A stretch of DNA of 64,000 bases from Macrostomum lignano (lineage: Eukaryota), in assembly GCA_002269645.1 (NCBI GenBank), contig NIVC01000445.1, positions 186,001 to 250,000 on the forward strand, read 5' to 3'. Under the pieces are notes generated by a model. The model was not told the DNA's origin. It did not search any database and was given only the letters and a program-made list of their open reading frames with translations. A program made the position numbers and the translations under genes. Positions 35,760 to 48,815 of the stretch are shown here, one piece after another (the stretch's first letter is position 1; each line of letters opens with the position of its first letter).

Positions 35760-38255
35760 TAGTGCAATAATCCTTGGTTTATTAATAGCAATAATCCTTG
35801 ATTAATCAAGTGCAATAATCCTTGGTTTATCAAGTGCAATAATCCTTGGTTTATCAAGTGCAGTAATCTTTGGCTTATCAAGTGCAATAATCCTTTGTTT
35901 ATCAAGTGCAATAATCCTTGGTTTATCAAGTGCAATAATCCTTTATTTATCAAGTGCAATAATCCTTGGTTTATTAAGTGCAATAATCCTTGGTTTATCA
36001 AGTGCAATAATCCTTGGTTTATTAAGTGCAATAATCCTTGGTTTATCAAGTGCAATAATCCTTGGTTTATCAAGTGCAATATTTGTTTATCAAGTGCAAT
36101 AATCCTTGGTTTATCAAGTGAAATAATCCTTGGTTTATCAAGTGCAATAATCCTTGGCTTATCAACTGCAATAATCCTTGGTTTATCAAGTGCAATAATC
36201 CTTGGTTTATCAAGCGCAGTAATCCTTGGCCTATCAAGTGCAATAATCCTTGGCTTATCGAGTGCAGTAATCCTTGGTTTGCCAAGAGCAATAATCCTTG
36301 GTTTATCGAGTGCAGTAATCCTTAGTTTTCCAAGTGCAGTAATCCTTGGTTTATTAAGAGCAATAATCCTTGGCTTATCGAGTGCAGTAATCCTTGGTTT
36401 GCCAAGAGCAATAATCCTTGGTTTATCATGTGCAGTAATCCTTAGTTTTCCAAGTGTAGTAATCCTTGGTTTATTAAGAGCAATAATCCTTGGTTTATCG
36501 AGTGCAGTAGTCCTTGGTTTATTAATAGCAATAATCCTTGAATAATCCAGTGCATTAATCCTTGGCTTATCAAGTGCAATAATCCATGGCTTATCAAGCG
36601 CTGTAATCCTTGGCTTATCAAGTGAAATAATCCTTGGTTTATCAAGTGCAATAATCCTTTGTTTATCAAGTGCAATAATCCTTGGTTTATCAAGTGCAAT
36701 AATCCTTGGTTTATCAAGTGCAGTAATCCTTGGCTTATCAAGTGCAATAATCCTTGGTTTGCCAAGAGCAGTAATCCTTGGCCTATCAAGTGCAATAATC
36801 CTTGGTTTATCAAGTGCAATAATCCTTGGTTTATTAAGTGCAATAATCCTTGGTTTATCAAGTGCAATAATCCTTGGTTTATCTAGCGCAGTAATCCTTG
36901 GCTTATCAAGTGCAATAATCCTTGGTTTATCAAGTGCAGTAATCCTTGGCTTATCAAGTGCAATAATCCTTGGCTTATCAAGTGCAATAATCCTTGGTTT
37001 ATCAAGTGCAATATTTGTTTATCAAGTGCAATAATCCTTGGTTTATCAAGTGAAATAATCCTTGGTTTATCAAGTGCAATAATCCTTGGCTTATCAAGTG
37101 CAATAATCCTTGGTTTATCAAGTGCAATAATCCTTGGTTTATCAAGAGCAATAATCCTTGGTGTATCGAGTGCAGTAATCCTTAGTTTTCCAAGTGCAGT
37201 AATCCTTGGTTTATTAAGAGCAATAATCCTTGGCTTATCGAGTGCAGTAGTCCTTGGTTTATTAATAGCAATAATCCTTGAATAATCCAGTGCATTAATC
37301 CTTGGCTTATCAAGTGCAACATTCTTTACTATCAAGTGCAATAATCCATGGCTTATCAAGCGCAGTAATCTTTGGCCTATCAAGTGCAATAATCCTTGGT
37401 TTATCAAGTGCAGTAATCCTTGGCCTATCAAGTGCAATAATCCTTGGTTTATCAAGTGCAATAATCCTTGGTTTATTAAGTGCAATAATCCTTGGTTTAT
37501 CAAGTGCAATAATCCTTGGTTTATCTAGCGCAGTAATCCTTGGCTTATCAAGTGCAATAATCCTTGGTTTATCAAGTGCAGTAATCCTTGGCCTATCAAG
37601 TGCAATAATCCTTGGTTTATCAAGTGAAATAATCCTTGGTTTATCAAGTGCAATAATCCTTGGCTTATCAACTGCAATAATCCTTGGTTTATCAAGTGCA
37701 ATAATCCTTGGTTTATCAAGCGCAGTAATCCTTGGCTTATCAAGTGCAATAATCCTTGGTTTATCAAGTGCAATAATCCTTGGTTTATCAAGTGCAATAT
37801 TTGTTTATCAAGTGCAATAATCCTTGGTTTATCAAGTGAAATAATCCTTGGTTTATCAAGTGCAATAATCCTTTGTTTATCAAGTGCAATAATCCTTGGT
37901 TTATCAAGCGCAGTAATCCTTGACTTATCAAGTGCAATAATCCTTGGTTTATCAAGTGCAATAATCCTTGGTTTATCAAGCGCAGTAATCTTTGGCCTAT
38001 CAAGTGCAATAATCCTTGGTTTATCAAGTGCAGTAATCCTTGGCCTATCAAGTGAAATAATCCTTGGTTTATCAAGTGCAATAGTCCTTGGTTTATCGAG
38101 TGCAGTAATCCTTGGTTTTCCAAGTGCAATAATCCTTGGCTTCTTGAGTGCAGTAATCCTTGGTTTGCCAAGAGCAATAGTCCTTGGTTTATCGAGTGCA
38201 GTAGTCCTTGGTTTATTAATAGCAATAATCCTTGGCTTATCGAGTGCAGTAATCT
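35760..38255. repeat. 24-bp satellite (TCAAGTGCAATAATCCTTGGTTTA)n, ~100 copies, cargo of unit A
   Basis: Direct reading. Confidence 0.97.
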
Positions 38256-38299
38256 AAGTGTTTTTATTTAGTCCTATTTTATTTAGTTTATAAAAAATT

Positions 38300-38372
38300 T
38301 TAAACTACTTAGATTCGAACCTAGGTCGCTGCATTAGCAGTCTGGTCTGTTCAGCTCTAGGCTAGCTCTCAT
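38300..38372 (-). pseudogene. tRNA-Ser(GCT)-like cassette in unit A; homologues at ~42010-42080, 46110-46180, 48860-48932, 49705-49777, 59670-59740
   Basis: Minus strand TAGCCTAGAG...GACTGCTAAT...GGTTCGAATCT followed by a T run; GACTGCTAAT matches the eukaryotic tRNA-Ser(GCT) anticodon arm; stems are degenerate. Confidence 0.55.
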
Positions 38373-38899
38373 CGAAGTTATCAGTGATGTTGTACCACTT
38401 ATATAATTCAACACTCACACCAAGTCAGGTAGAGTAAAAAGTCTCACGAAGCAGTTATGACATAATCAATTTCTTAGGCAAGTCAGTACCAGTGTCTATG
38501 AAAGTTTACAATATGGTTACGTAATATAAATTCAGTACTGCGCTATGCTTTCACACTCAAAGCTGTGACGCAATTCAATTGAGTGTCAAATTCAGCCAGT
38601 ACACAGACGATAAATAAAGTGTATTGTGATGCAATCTATTTCAGAATCAGAAATCAACCAGTCAGTTTTTCTGCTAGCATTCTTACAATGCATTTCGATG
38701 CTTGACCTTTGCAAAAAAGCATGTTTTTCGAATATTTAATCCCTTTAGCATCGAGCAATTTCTTAGCCACGATGCATGTACCGTCACGGAATAATTTCTG
38801 ATCGAACAGTGCAGGTTCGAAGAAAATCGGTTCAGCCGTTTTTGCTAAAATCGATCACACACACACGCACACACAAACAGACCATTTTTAGTATATGGA

Positions 38900-41800
38900 C
38901 TAGCAATCTTCGCCCCCCGTTGGGGGACATCTGTATAGAATCTCTGCTCTCTACAAGTAACAAAGAAACAACAAACAAAAACATTCACAAAGAAAACAGA
39001 CAAAATACTTAAATGAAGTGCAATGCAAAAAGAAATCATCCCAAGACAGCAAGCATCCCCCAGATTGCAAGCATCCCCCGGATAGCAAGCATCCCCCAGA
39101 TAGCAAGCATCCCCCAGATAGCAAGCATCCCCCAGATAGTAAGCACTCCCCCAGATAGATAGCATCCCCCAAATAGCAAGCATCCCCCAGATAGCAAGCA
39201 TCCCCCAGATAGATAGCATCCCCCAAATAGCAAGCATCCCCCAGATAGCAAGCATCCCCAAGATAGCAAGCTTCCCCCAGATAGCAAGCATCCCCCAGAT
39301 AGCAAGCATCCCCCAGATAGCAAGCATCCCCCAGATAGTAAGCATCCCCCATATAGCAAGCATTTTCCAGAGAGCAAGCATCTACCAGACAATAAGTAGC
39401 TAGTGCGACAACTTCCTTAGCATTATTGTGACTCCTTTAAAATTTGCTTACTTTTACGTTTGAAATTGTGTATCTTTAATGTTTGACATGGTGGCTCTTT
39501 AATGTTTGACATGGTGGCTCTTTTATGTTAGACAAAGTGGCTTTCTATTGTTTGACATGGTGGCTCTTTATGTTTGACATGGTGGCTCTTTACTGTTCGA
39601 AATGGTGGCTCTTTAATGTTCGAAATGGTGGCTCTTTTATGTTTGACACGGCGTCTCTCTAATGTTTGACAAAGTGGCTCTTTAATGTTTGACATGGTGG
39701 CTCTTTAATGTTTGACTAAAGTCACATATATGTTTGACATGGTGGCTCTTTAATGTTAGACAAAGTGGATTTAAATGTTTGACATGGTGGCTCTTTACTG
39801 TTTGAAATGGTGGCTCTTTAATGTTCGAAATGGTGGCTCTTTTATGTTTCACATGGTGGCTCTTTTAGGTTTGACATGATGGCACTTTTATGTTTTGACA
39901 TAGTGGCTCTTAATGTTTGACATGGTAGCTTTTTTATGTTCGACATGGTGGCTTTTTATTGTTTGACATGGTGGCTCTTTAATGTTTAACCTGGTGGCTC
40001 TTTTATGTTTGACACGGTGGCTTTTAATGTCTGACATGGTGGCTCGTTTAGGTTTGACATAGTGGCTCTTCTATGTTTGACATGGTGGCTTTTTATTGTT
40101 TGAAATGGTGGCTCTTTAATGTTCGAAATGGTGGCTCTTTTATGTTTCACATGGTGGCTCTTTTAGGTTTGACATGATGGCACTTTTATGTTTTGACATA
40201 GTGGCTCTTAATGTTTGACATGGTAGCTTTTTTATGTTCGACATGGTGGCTTTTTATTGTTTGACATGGTGGCTCTTTAATGTTTAACCTGGTGGCTCTT
40301 TTATGTTTGACACGGTGGCTTTTAATGTCTGACATGGTGGCTCGTTTAGGTTTGACATAGTGGCTCTTCTATGTTTGACATGGTGACTTTTTATTGTTTG
40401 ACATGGTGGCACTTTTATGTTTGACACGGCGTCTCTCTAATGTTTGACAAAGTGGCTATTTAATGTTCGAAATGGTGACTCTTTAAAGTTTGACATAAAG
40501 TCACATATATGTTTGACATAGTGGCTCTTCTATGTTTGACATGGTGGCTCTTAAATGTTTGACATAGTGGCTCTTTAATGTTCTTCATGGTGGCTCTTTA
40601 ATATTCTACATGGTGGCTCTTTTATGTTCGACATGGTGGCTGTTTTTTGTTCTATATGGTAACTCTTTTATGTTTGATACGGTGGCTTTTTAAAGTCTGA
40701 CATGGTGGCTCTTTTATGTTTGACATGGTGGCTCCTCTATGTTTAACATGGTGGCTCTTTTATGTTTGACAAGATGGCTCTTCAATGTTCGACAAAGTGG
40801 CTATTTGATGTTTGATATGGTGACTCTTAAATGTTTGACATAAAGTCACATATATGTTTGACATGGTGACTCTTAAATGTTTTACATGGTGGCTCTTTTA
40901 TGTTCGACATGGTGGCTCTTTAATGTTCGAAATGGTGGCTCTTTAATGTTCGAAATAGTGGCTCTTTTATGTTCGACATGATGGCTCTTTAATGTTTGAC
41001 ATGGTGGCTCTTTAATGTTTAACCTGGTGGCTCTTTTATGTTTGACACGGCGGCTCTCTAATGTTTGACAAAGTGGCTATTTAATGTTCGAAATGGTGGC
41101 TCTTTAAAGTTTGACATAAAGTCACATATATGTTTGACATAGTGGCTCTTCTATGTTTGACATGGTGGCTCTTAAATGTTTGATGACATAGTGGCTCTTT
41201 AATGTTCTTCATGGTGGCTCTTTAATATTCTACATGGTGGCTTTTTTATGTTCGACATGGTGGCTGTTTTTTGTTCTATATGGTAACTCTTTTATGTTTG
41301 ATACGGTGGCTTTTTAAAGTCTGACATGGTGGCTCTTTTATGTTTGACAAGATGGCTCTTCAATGTTCGACAAAGTGGCCATTTGATGTTTGATATGGTA
41401 ACTCTTAAATGTTTGACATAAAGTCACATATATGTTTGACATGGTGGCTCTTAAATGTTTTACATGGTGGCTCTTCTATGTTTGACATGGTGGTTCTTTT
41501 ATGCTCGAAATAGTGGCTCTTTTATGTTCGACATGGTGGCTCTTTAATGTTCGAAATGGTGGCTCTTTAATGTTCGAAATAGTGGCTCTTTTATGTTCGA
41601 CATGATGGCTCTTTAATGTTTGACATGGTGGCTCTTTAATGTTTAACCTGGTGGCTCTTTTATGTTTGACACGGCGGCTCTCTAATGTTTGACAAAGTGG
41701 CTATTTAATGTTCGAAATGGTGGCTCTTTAAAGTTTGACATAAAGTCACATATATGTTTGACATAGTGGCTCTTCTATGTTTGACATGGTGGCTTTTTAA

Positions 41801-42556
41801 TCGTTGACATGGAGTCACGTATATGTTTGACATAGTGCTTATTTTATGTTTGGCATGGTGGCTCTTTTATCTTTGACGTGGTAACTATTTTATATTCGAA
41901 ATGTTGGCTCTTTAATGTTCGACATGGGGGCTCTTCTATGTTTGACATTGCGCTTCCATTATGTTTAGCACTTTTGTGTTTTTAAGGTGTTTTGATAAAA
42001 AAATCTTTTTGCACAACTAAGATTCGAACTCAGGTCGCTACATTAGCATTCCAGTCTGTTCGCATCTTGGCTATCTCTTTTCAATTGGAGAACATGAATT
42101 GTGGCCCTAATAATTCAATTCTTACAGCAAGTCAATTGAAGTAAAAAGTTATGACACAATCAATTTCTCAGTCAGCCAGTATCAGTCTTAATTTGAGTTA
42201 GGAATATTGGTTACGCAATTTTAATCAAGTCGTGTGTGCATTTCTTCGGCACTGTTTTTCAACTTGTTGTGATGCAATCTTTATCACGATCGGAATTCAG
42301 CCAGTCAGTTTTTTCTCTAGCATTCTTACAATGAATTTTAGGTCGAAAGAGCTGCTTGACCTTTGCAAAAAAAGCAGGTTTTTCGAATGTTTAATCCCTT
42401 TAAAATTGAGCAATTTCTTAGCCAAGATGCATGTACCGTCCCAGGGAAATTTCTGATCAAATGGTGCAAGTTTAAAGAAAATCGGTTGAGCCATTTTTTT
42501 CTGAAATCTATCGCATACCTACCCACATACAGACAACTCATTTTTAGTATATAGGA
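38900..42556 (-). mobile_element. Non-autonomous Helitron H2, unit B (3657 bp): 18-bp array (~39040-39390) + 23-bp array (~39475-41960)
   Basis: Exact CTAG|TC junctions at 38899/38900 and 42556/42557; 3' hairpin CCCCC-AAC-GGGGGG. Confidence 0.8.
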
Positions 42557-45500
42557 CTAGCAATCTTTGCCCCCCTTTGGGGGACATCTGTATAGAACCT
42601 CTGTTCTCTACAAGTAACAAAAAGATAGCCAAAAAAGGCCTTCACAAAGAAAACAGACAAAATACTCAAAGGAAGTGCAATGCAAAAAGAAATCATCCCA
42701 AGAAAGCAAGCATCCCCCAGATAGCAAGCATCCACCAGATTGCAAGCAACCCCCGGATAGCAAGCATCCCCCAGATAGCAAGCATCCCCCAGATAGCAAG
42801 CATCCCCCAGATAGCAAGCATCCCCTACATAGATAGCATCCCCAAATAGCAAGCATCCACCAGACAATAAGTAGCTAGTGCGACAATTTCCTTAGCATTA
42901 TAGTGGCTCCTTTAAAATTCGCTTACTTTTATGTTTGTAATTGTGTAAATTTTATGTTTGACATGGTGGCTGTTTTATGTTCTACATGGCAACTGTTTTA
43001 TGTTTGAAACGATGGCTTTTTAATGTCAGACATGGTGGCTCTTTTATGTTTAACATGGTGGCTCTTTTATGTTTGACATGGTGGCTCTTTAATGTTTAAC
43101 CTGGTGGCTCTTTTATGTTTGAAACAGTGGCTCTTTTATGTTTGACACAGTGGCTCTTTAATGTTCGACAAAGTGGCTATTTAATGTTTCAAAAGGTGGC
43201 TTTTAAATGTTTGACATGGTGGCTCCTTAATGTTCGAAATGGTGGCTCTTTAATGTTTGACATAAAGACACATATATAATTGACATGGTGGCTCTTAAAT
43301 GTTTGACATGGTGGCTCTTTAATGTTCGAGAAAGTGGCTCTTTAATGTTTTTCATGGTATAGCTCTTTTATGTTTGACATGGTGGCTCTTTTATGTTTGA
43401 CATGGTGGCTCTTTTAGGTTTGACATGGTGGCTCTTAAATGTTTGACATGGTGGCTCCTTAATGTTTGACATGGTGACTCTTTAATGTTTCAAATGGTGG
43501 CTCTTTAATGTTTTACATGGTGGCTCTTAAATGTTTGACATGGTAGCTCTTTAATATTCTACATTGTGGCTCTTAAGTGTTCGAAATGGTGGATCTTTTA
43601 GGTTTGACATGATGGCTGTTTAATGTTCAACATAGTGGCTCTTTAATATTCTACATGGTGGCTCTTTTATGTTTAACATGGTGGCTCTTAAATGTTTGAC
43701 ATGGTGGCTCTTTAATGTTCGAAATGGCGGCTCTTTTGTTTTACATGGTGGCTCTTTAATGTTGGACATGGTGGCTCTTTAATGTTTGACATAAAGTCAC
43801 TTATATGTTCGAAATGGTGGCTCTTTAATATTTTACATTGTGGCTCTTAAATGTTCGACATGGTGGCTCTTTTAGGTTTGACATGATGGCTCTGTTAGGT
43901 TTAACATGATGGCTCTTTTAGGTTTAACATGGTGGCTCTTTTAGGTTTAACATGGTGGCTCTTTTAGGTTTAACATGGTGGCTCTTTTAGGTTTAACATG
44001 GTGGCTCTTAAATGTTCGACATGGTGGCTCTTTTAGGTTTGACATGGTGGCTCTTTAATATTCTTCATGTTATAGCTCTTTCATGTTTGACATGGTGGCT
44101 CTTTAATGTTCGAAATGGTGGCTCTTTAATGTTTGAAATGGTGGCTCTTTAATGTTCGAAAAGGTGGCTCTTTAATGTTTGACACAAAGTCACATATATG
44201 TTTGACATGGTGGCTCTTAAATGTTTGACATGGTGGCTCTTTATGTTTGACATGTTGGCTGTTTTATGTTTGACATGTTGGCTCTTTTATGTTTGACATG
44301 ATGGCTCTTTTAGGTTTGACATGGTGGCTCTTTTATGCTTGATATGGTGGCTCTTTAATGTTTAGCATGGTGACTTTTAATGTTTGACATGGTGGCTCTT
44401 TTATGTTTGACATGGTGGCTCTTTAATGTTCGCCATGGTGGCTCTTTAATGTTTGACATGGTGGCTCTTTAATGTTTGACATGGTAGCTCTTTAATGTTC
44501 GACATGGTGGCTCTTTAATGTTTGACATGGTGGCACTTTTATGTTTGACATGGTGGCTTTTTAATGTTCGCCATGGTGGCTCTTTAAAGTTTGACATGGT
44601 GGCACTTTTATGTTTGACATGGAGTCACGTATACGTTTGACATAGTGTCTCTTCAATGTTTGACATGGTGGCTATTTTGTGTTCGACATGATAGCTCTTT
44701 AATGTTTGACATGGTAGCTCTTTAATGTTCGACATGGTAGCTTTTAATGTTTGACATGTTGGCTCTTTTATGTTTGACATGATGGCTCTTTTAGGTTTGA
44801 CATGGTGGCTCTTTATGCTTGATATGGTGGCTCTTTAATGTTTAGCATGGTGACTTTTAATGTTTGACATGGTGGCTCTTTTATGTTTGACATGGTGGCT
44901 CTTTAATGTTCGCCATGGTGGCTCTTTAATGTTCGCCATGGTGGCTCTTTAATGTTTGACATGGTGGCTCTTTAATGTTTGACATGGTAGCTCTTTAATG
45001 TTCGACATGGTAGCTTTTTAATGTTTGACATGGTGGCTCTTTTATGTTCGACATGGTAGCTTTTTAATGTTTGACATGGTGGCTCTTTTATGTTTGACAT
45101 GGTGGCTCTTTACTGTGTGAAATAGTGGCTCTTTAATGTTCTACACGGTAACTCTTTTATGTTTGATACGGTGGCTTTTTAATGTCTGACATGGTGGCTC
45201 TTTTATGTTTGACATGGTGGCTCTTCTTTGTTTAACATGGTGGCTCTTTTATGTTTGACACGGTGGCTCTTTAATGTTCGACAAAGTGGCTATTTGATGT
45301 TTGATATGGTGACTCTTAAATGTTTTACATGGTGGCTCTTTACTGTTTGAAATGGTGGCTCTTTAATGTTCTACATGGTAACTCTTTTATGTTTGATACG
45401 GTGGCTTTTTAATGTCTGACATGGTGGCTCTTTTATGTTTGACATGGTGGCTCTTTAATGTTCTTCATGGTGGCTCTTTAATGTTCTTCATGGTGGCTCT

Positions 45501-46652
45501 TTAATATTCTACATGGTGGCTCTTTTATGTTCGACATGGTGGCTGTTTTTTGTTCTACTTGGTAACTCTTTTATGTTTGATACGGTGGCTTTTTAATGTC
45601 TGACATGGTGGCTCTTCTATGTTTAACATGGTGGCTCTTCTATGTTTGACACAGTGGCTCTTTAATTTTCGACAAAGTGGCTATTTGATGTTCGAAATGG
45701 TGGCTCTTTAAAGTTTGACATAAAGTCACATATATGTTTGACATGGTGGCTCTTAAATGTTTGACATGGTGGCTCTTAAATGTTTGACATGGGGGCTCTT
45801 AAATGTTTGACATGGTGGCTCTTAAATGTTTGACATGGTGGCTCTTAAATGTTAGACGTGGTGGCTTGTTTAGGTTTGACATAGTGGCTCTTCTATGTTT
45901 GAAATGGTGGCTTTTTAATCGTTGACATGGAGTCACGTATATGTTTGACATAGTGCTTATTTTATGTTTGACATGGTATCTCTTTTATATTCGAAATGTT
46001 GGCTCTATAATGTTCGACATGGTGGCTCTTCGTTGTTTGATATTGCGCTTCTATTATGTTTAGCAGTTTTGTTGTGTTTTTAAGGTGTTTTGATAAAAAA
46101 AATCTTTTTGCACTACTAAGATTCGAACCCAGGTCGCTACATTAGCATTCCAGTCTGTTCGCATCTTGGCTATATCTTTCCAATTGGAGAACGTGAATTG
46201 TGGCCCTTATAATTTAATTCTTACAGCAAGTCAATTGAAGTAAAAAGTTATGGCATAATCAATTTCTCAGTCAGCCAGTATCAGTCTCAATTTGAGTTAG
46301 CAATATTGGTTACGCAATTTAAATCAAGTCGTGTGTGCATTTCTTCGGCACTGTTTTCAACTTGTTGTGATGCAATCTTTATCACAATCGGAATTCAGCC
46401 AGTCAGTTTTTTCTCTAGCATTCTTACAATGAATTTTAGGTCGAAAGAGCTGCTTGTCCTTTGCAAAAAAGCATGTTTTTCGAATATTTAATCCCTTTAA
46501 CATTGAGCAATTTCTTAGCCAAGATGCATGTACCGTCCCAGGAAAATTTCTGATCAAATGGTGCAGGTTTGAAGAAAATCGGTTGAGCCATTTTTTCTGA
46601 AATCTATCGCATACCTACCCACATACAGACAACTCATTTTTAGTATATAGGA
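42557..46652 (-). mobile_element. Non-autonomous Helitron H2, unit C (4096 bp): 18-bp array (~42700-42860) + 23-bp array (~42950-46050)
   Basis: CTAG|TC junction at 46652/46653; core nearly identical to unit B. Confidence 0.8.
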
Positions 46653-47004
46653 CTAGCAATCTAGCGCCCCCCTTCGGGGTGGCCAATAAGCAAGGGACGA
46701 ATCCTTTAAAATGAAAAAAAAATTCTTAGGGAGGGGGGCTAGGAATCGAATTCTCATTTTAATTCCAGGCTTATGTACCAATAAAACATGCTTGTGCAGA
46801 ATTTTATAACAGACATTGAAATTCAACCATACTTGCCTTCTTTCAGAGCTACTTCTACCAGTATGCTTCAGTACGCTACCAGTACCCTTGTAAGCCTTGA
46901 CATGTCAGCAATCCCCCCCCACAAGCCTTAACATATCAACTCCCCCCTTGACATCTCAGCGATGCTTCCATAAGCCTTGAAATCTTAAAAAATCTGTCTA
47001 CTTT

Positions 47005-47044
47005 CTAACCCTAACCCTAACCCTAACCCTAACCCTAACCCTAA
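47005..47044 (-). repeat. Interstitial (TTAGGG)n tract inside unit D
   Basis: Six perfect CTAACC units plus CTAA on the plus strand. Confidence 0.9.
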
Positions 47045-47989
47045 AGCATTGAAATTTCAGTAATTCTCTCTAAGAGTCATTATAGCACTACTACAGCATT
47101 ATAGTGATTCCCCTCAAGCCTCGACATCGTAGGGATTCCCAAATGAATCTCTTAACTTCGACATGAAGCTTCTTTTATTTTTTACATTACGCTTTTTCTA
47201 TCAGCGATCCCTCCCGTGAGGAGCCAACAAATAATGTAATAACTTTTTTCCAATAAACTACATGTAGCTTCTGACATTAGCCTTGACATCTCATTTATTC
47301 CCCCGTGAGCCTTGACATCTCAGCTATAGATAGATAGATAGATAGATTCCCCTCGTAAGCCTTGACATGTCAGCGATGCCCCCCATAAACCTTGAAATCT
47401 AAAAAATCCCCTGTTAACCTTGAAACCCGCTAAAATCTAACCCTCAACCCAAACCTGACGTAAACCTAACTTTCACCCAACCTAAAGCCTTGAAATCACA
47501 GCAGTTCTTCTTCCCTAAGCCTTGGCATTTAAGTGATTCCTTCTTTAAGAATCACAGCACCATAACGATTCCCTCCAAGCTTTGACATCGTAGCAATTCC
47601 CAAATGAATCTTTAACTTTGACATGACTTTTATTTTATGTATACATAGTGCTCCTTTTATTTTTACATGACTCTTCTTCTATCAGCGTCCCCCCCACCGT
47701 GGCAAGCCAACAAAGAATACAATAAAAAAACTTAAGTAAAGTACATGTACTTTGAAGTAGCTTCTGACTTTTGCTTTAACATCTCAGAAACCCACATGTA
47801 ATCTCAGTTATTCTCTGTGAGCCTTGACGTCTCAGTAATTCTCCCCAGCACAGCACTATAGCTTCATTTAATTTTTATATGACACTTCTTTCATGTCTGA
47901 CATGACGCTTTTTTTGATTTTTACGTTACGCTTCTTTTATTCTTCCATGATGCTTCTTAATTTTTTAAATGACACTTTCATTAGTTTTT

Positions 47990-48815
47990 ATATGAGGCTT
48001 CTATGATTTTTTCATGACGCTTCTATGTTAACATGACGCTTCTATGCTTGTTTACATGACGCTTTTATGATTGTTTACATGACGCTTCTATGATTGTTTA
48101 CATGACGCTTCTATGATTTTTACATGACGCTTCTATGATTTTTACATGACGCTTCTATGATTTTTACATGACGCTTCTATGATTGTTTACATGACGCTTG
48201 TATGATTTTTTACATGACGCTTCTATGATTGTTTACATGACGCTTCTATGATTTTTTATGACGCTTTTATGATTGTTTACATGACGCTTCTATGATTTTT
48301 ACATGACGCTTCTATGATTTTTACATGACGCTTCTATGATTGTTTACATGACGCTTCTATGATTGTTTACATGACGCTTGTATGATTGTTTACATGACGC
48401 TTCTATGATTTTTTTATGACGCTTTTATGATTTTAACATGAGGCTTCTATGATTTTTTTACATGACGCTTCTATGATTGTTTACATGACGCTTGTATGAT
48501 TGTTTACATGACGCTTGTATGATTTTAACATAACGCTTCTATGATTGTTTACATTACGCTTCTATGATTGCTTGCATGACGCTTCTATGATTTTTTATGA
48601 TGCTTTTATTATTTTAACATGACGCTTCTATGATTTTTTTACATGACGCTTCTATGATTGTTTACATGACGCTTGTATGATTGTTTACATGACGCTTCTA
48701 TGATTTTTACATGACGCTTCTATGATTGTTTACATGACGCTTCTATGATTGCTTGCATGACGCTTCTATGATTTTTTACATGACGATTCTATGATTTTTT
48801 ACATGACGCTTCCAT
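47990..48815. repeat. 22-24-bp satellite (ACATGACGCTTCTATGATT(G)TTT)n, cargo of unit D
   Basis: Direct reading; same family as 61820-64000. Confidence 0.95.

Larger units (their letters stand above)
35095..38899 (-). mobile_element. Non-autonomous Helitron, family H2, unit A (3805 bp)
   Basis: Minus strand starts TCCATATACTAAAAAT and ends GCCCC-GAA-GGGGGGC hairpin ... TTGCTAG|T; core contains aaaatcggttcagccgttt and an AC microsatellite. Confidence 0.8.

Noticed and set aside
46730-46755. Extra B-box-like motif (ggaatcgaattc) near the 3' end of unit D
   Set aside because: No A box or tRNA-like context and no counterpart in other units.
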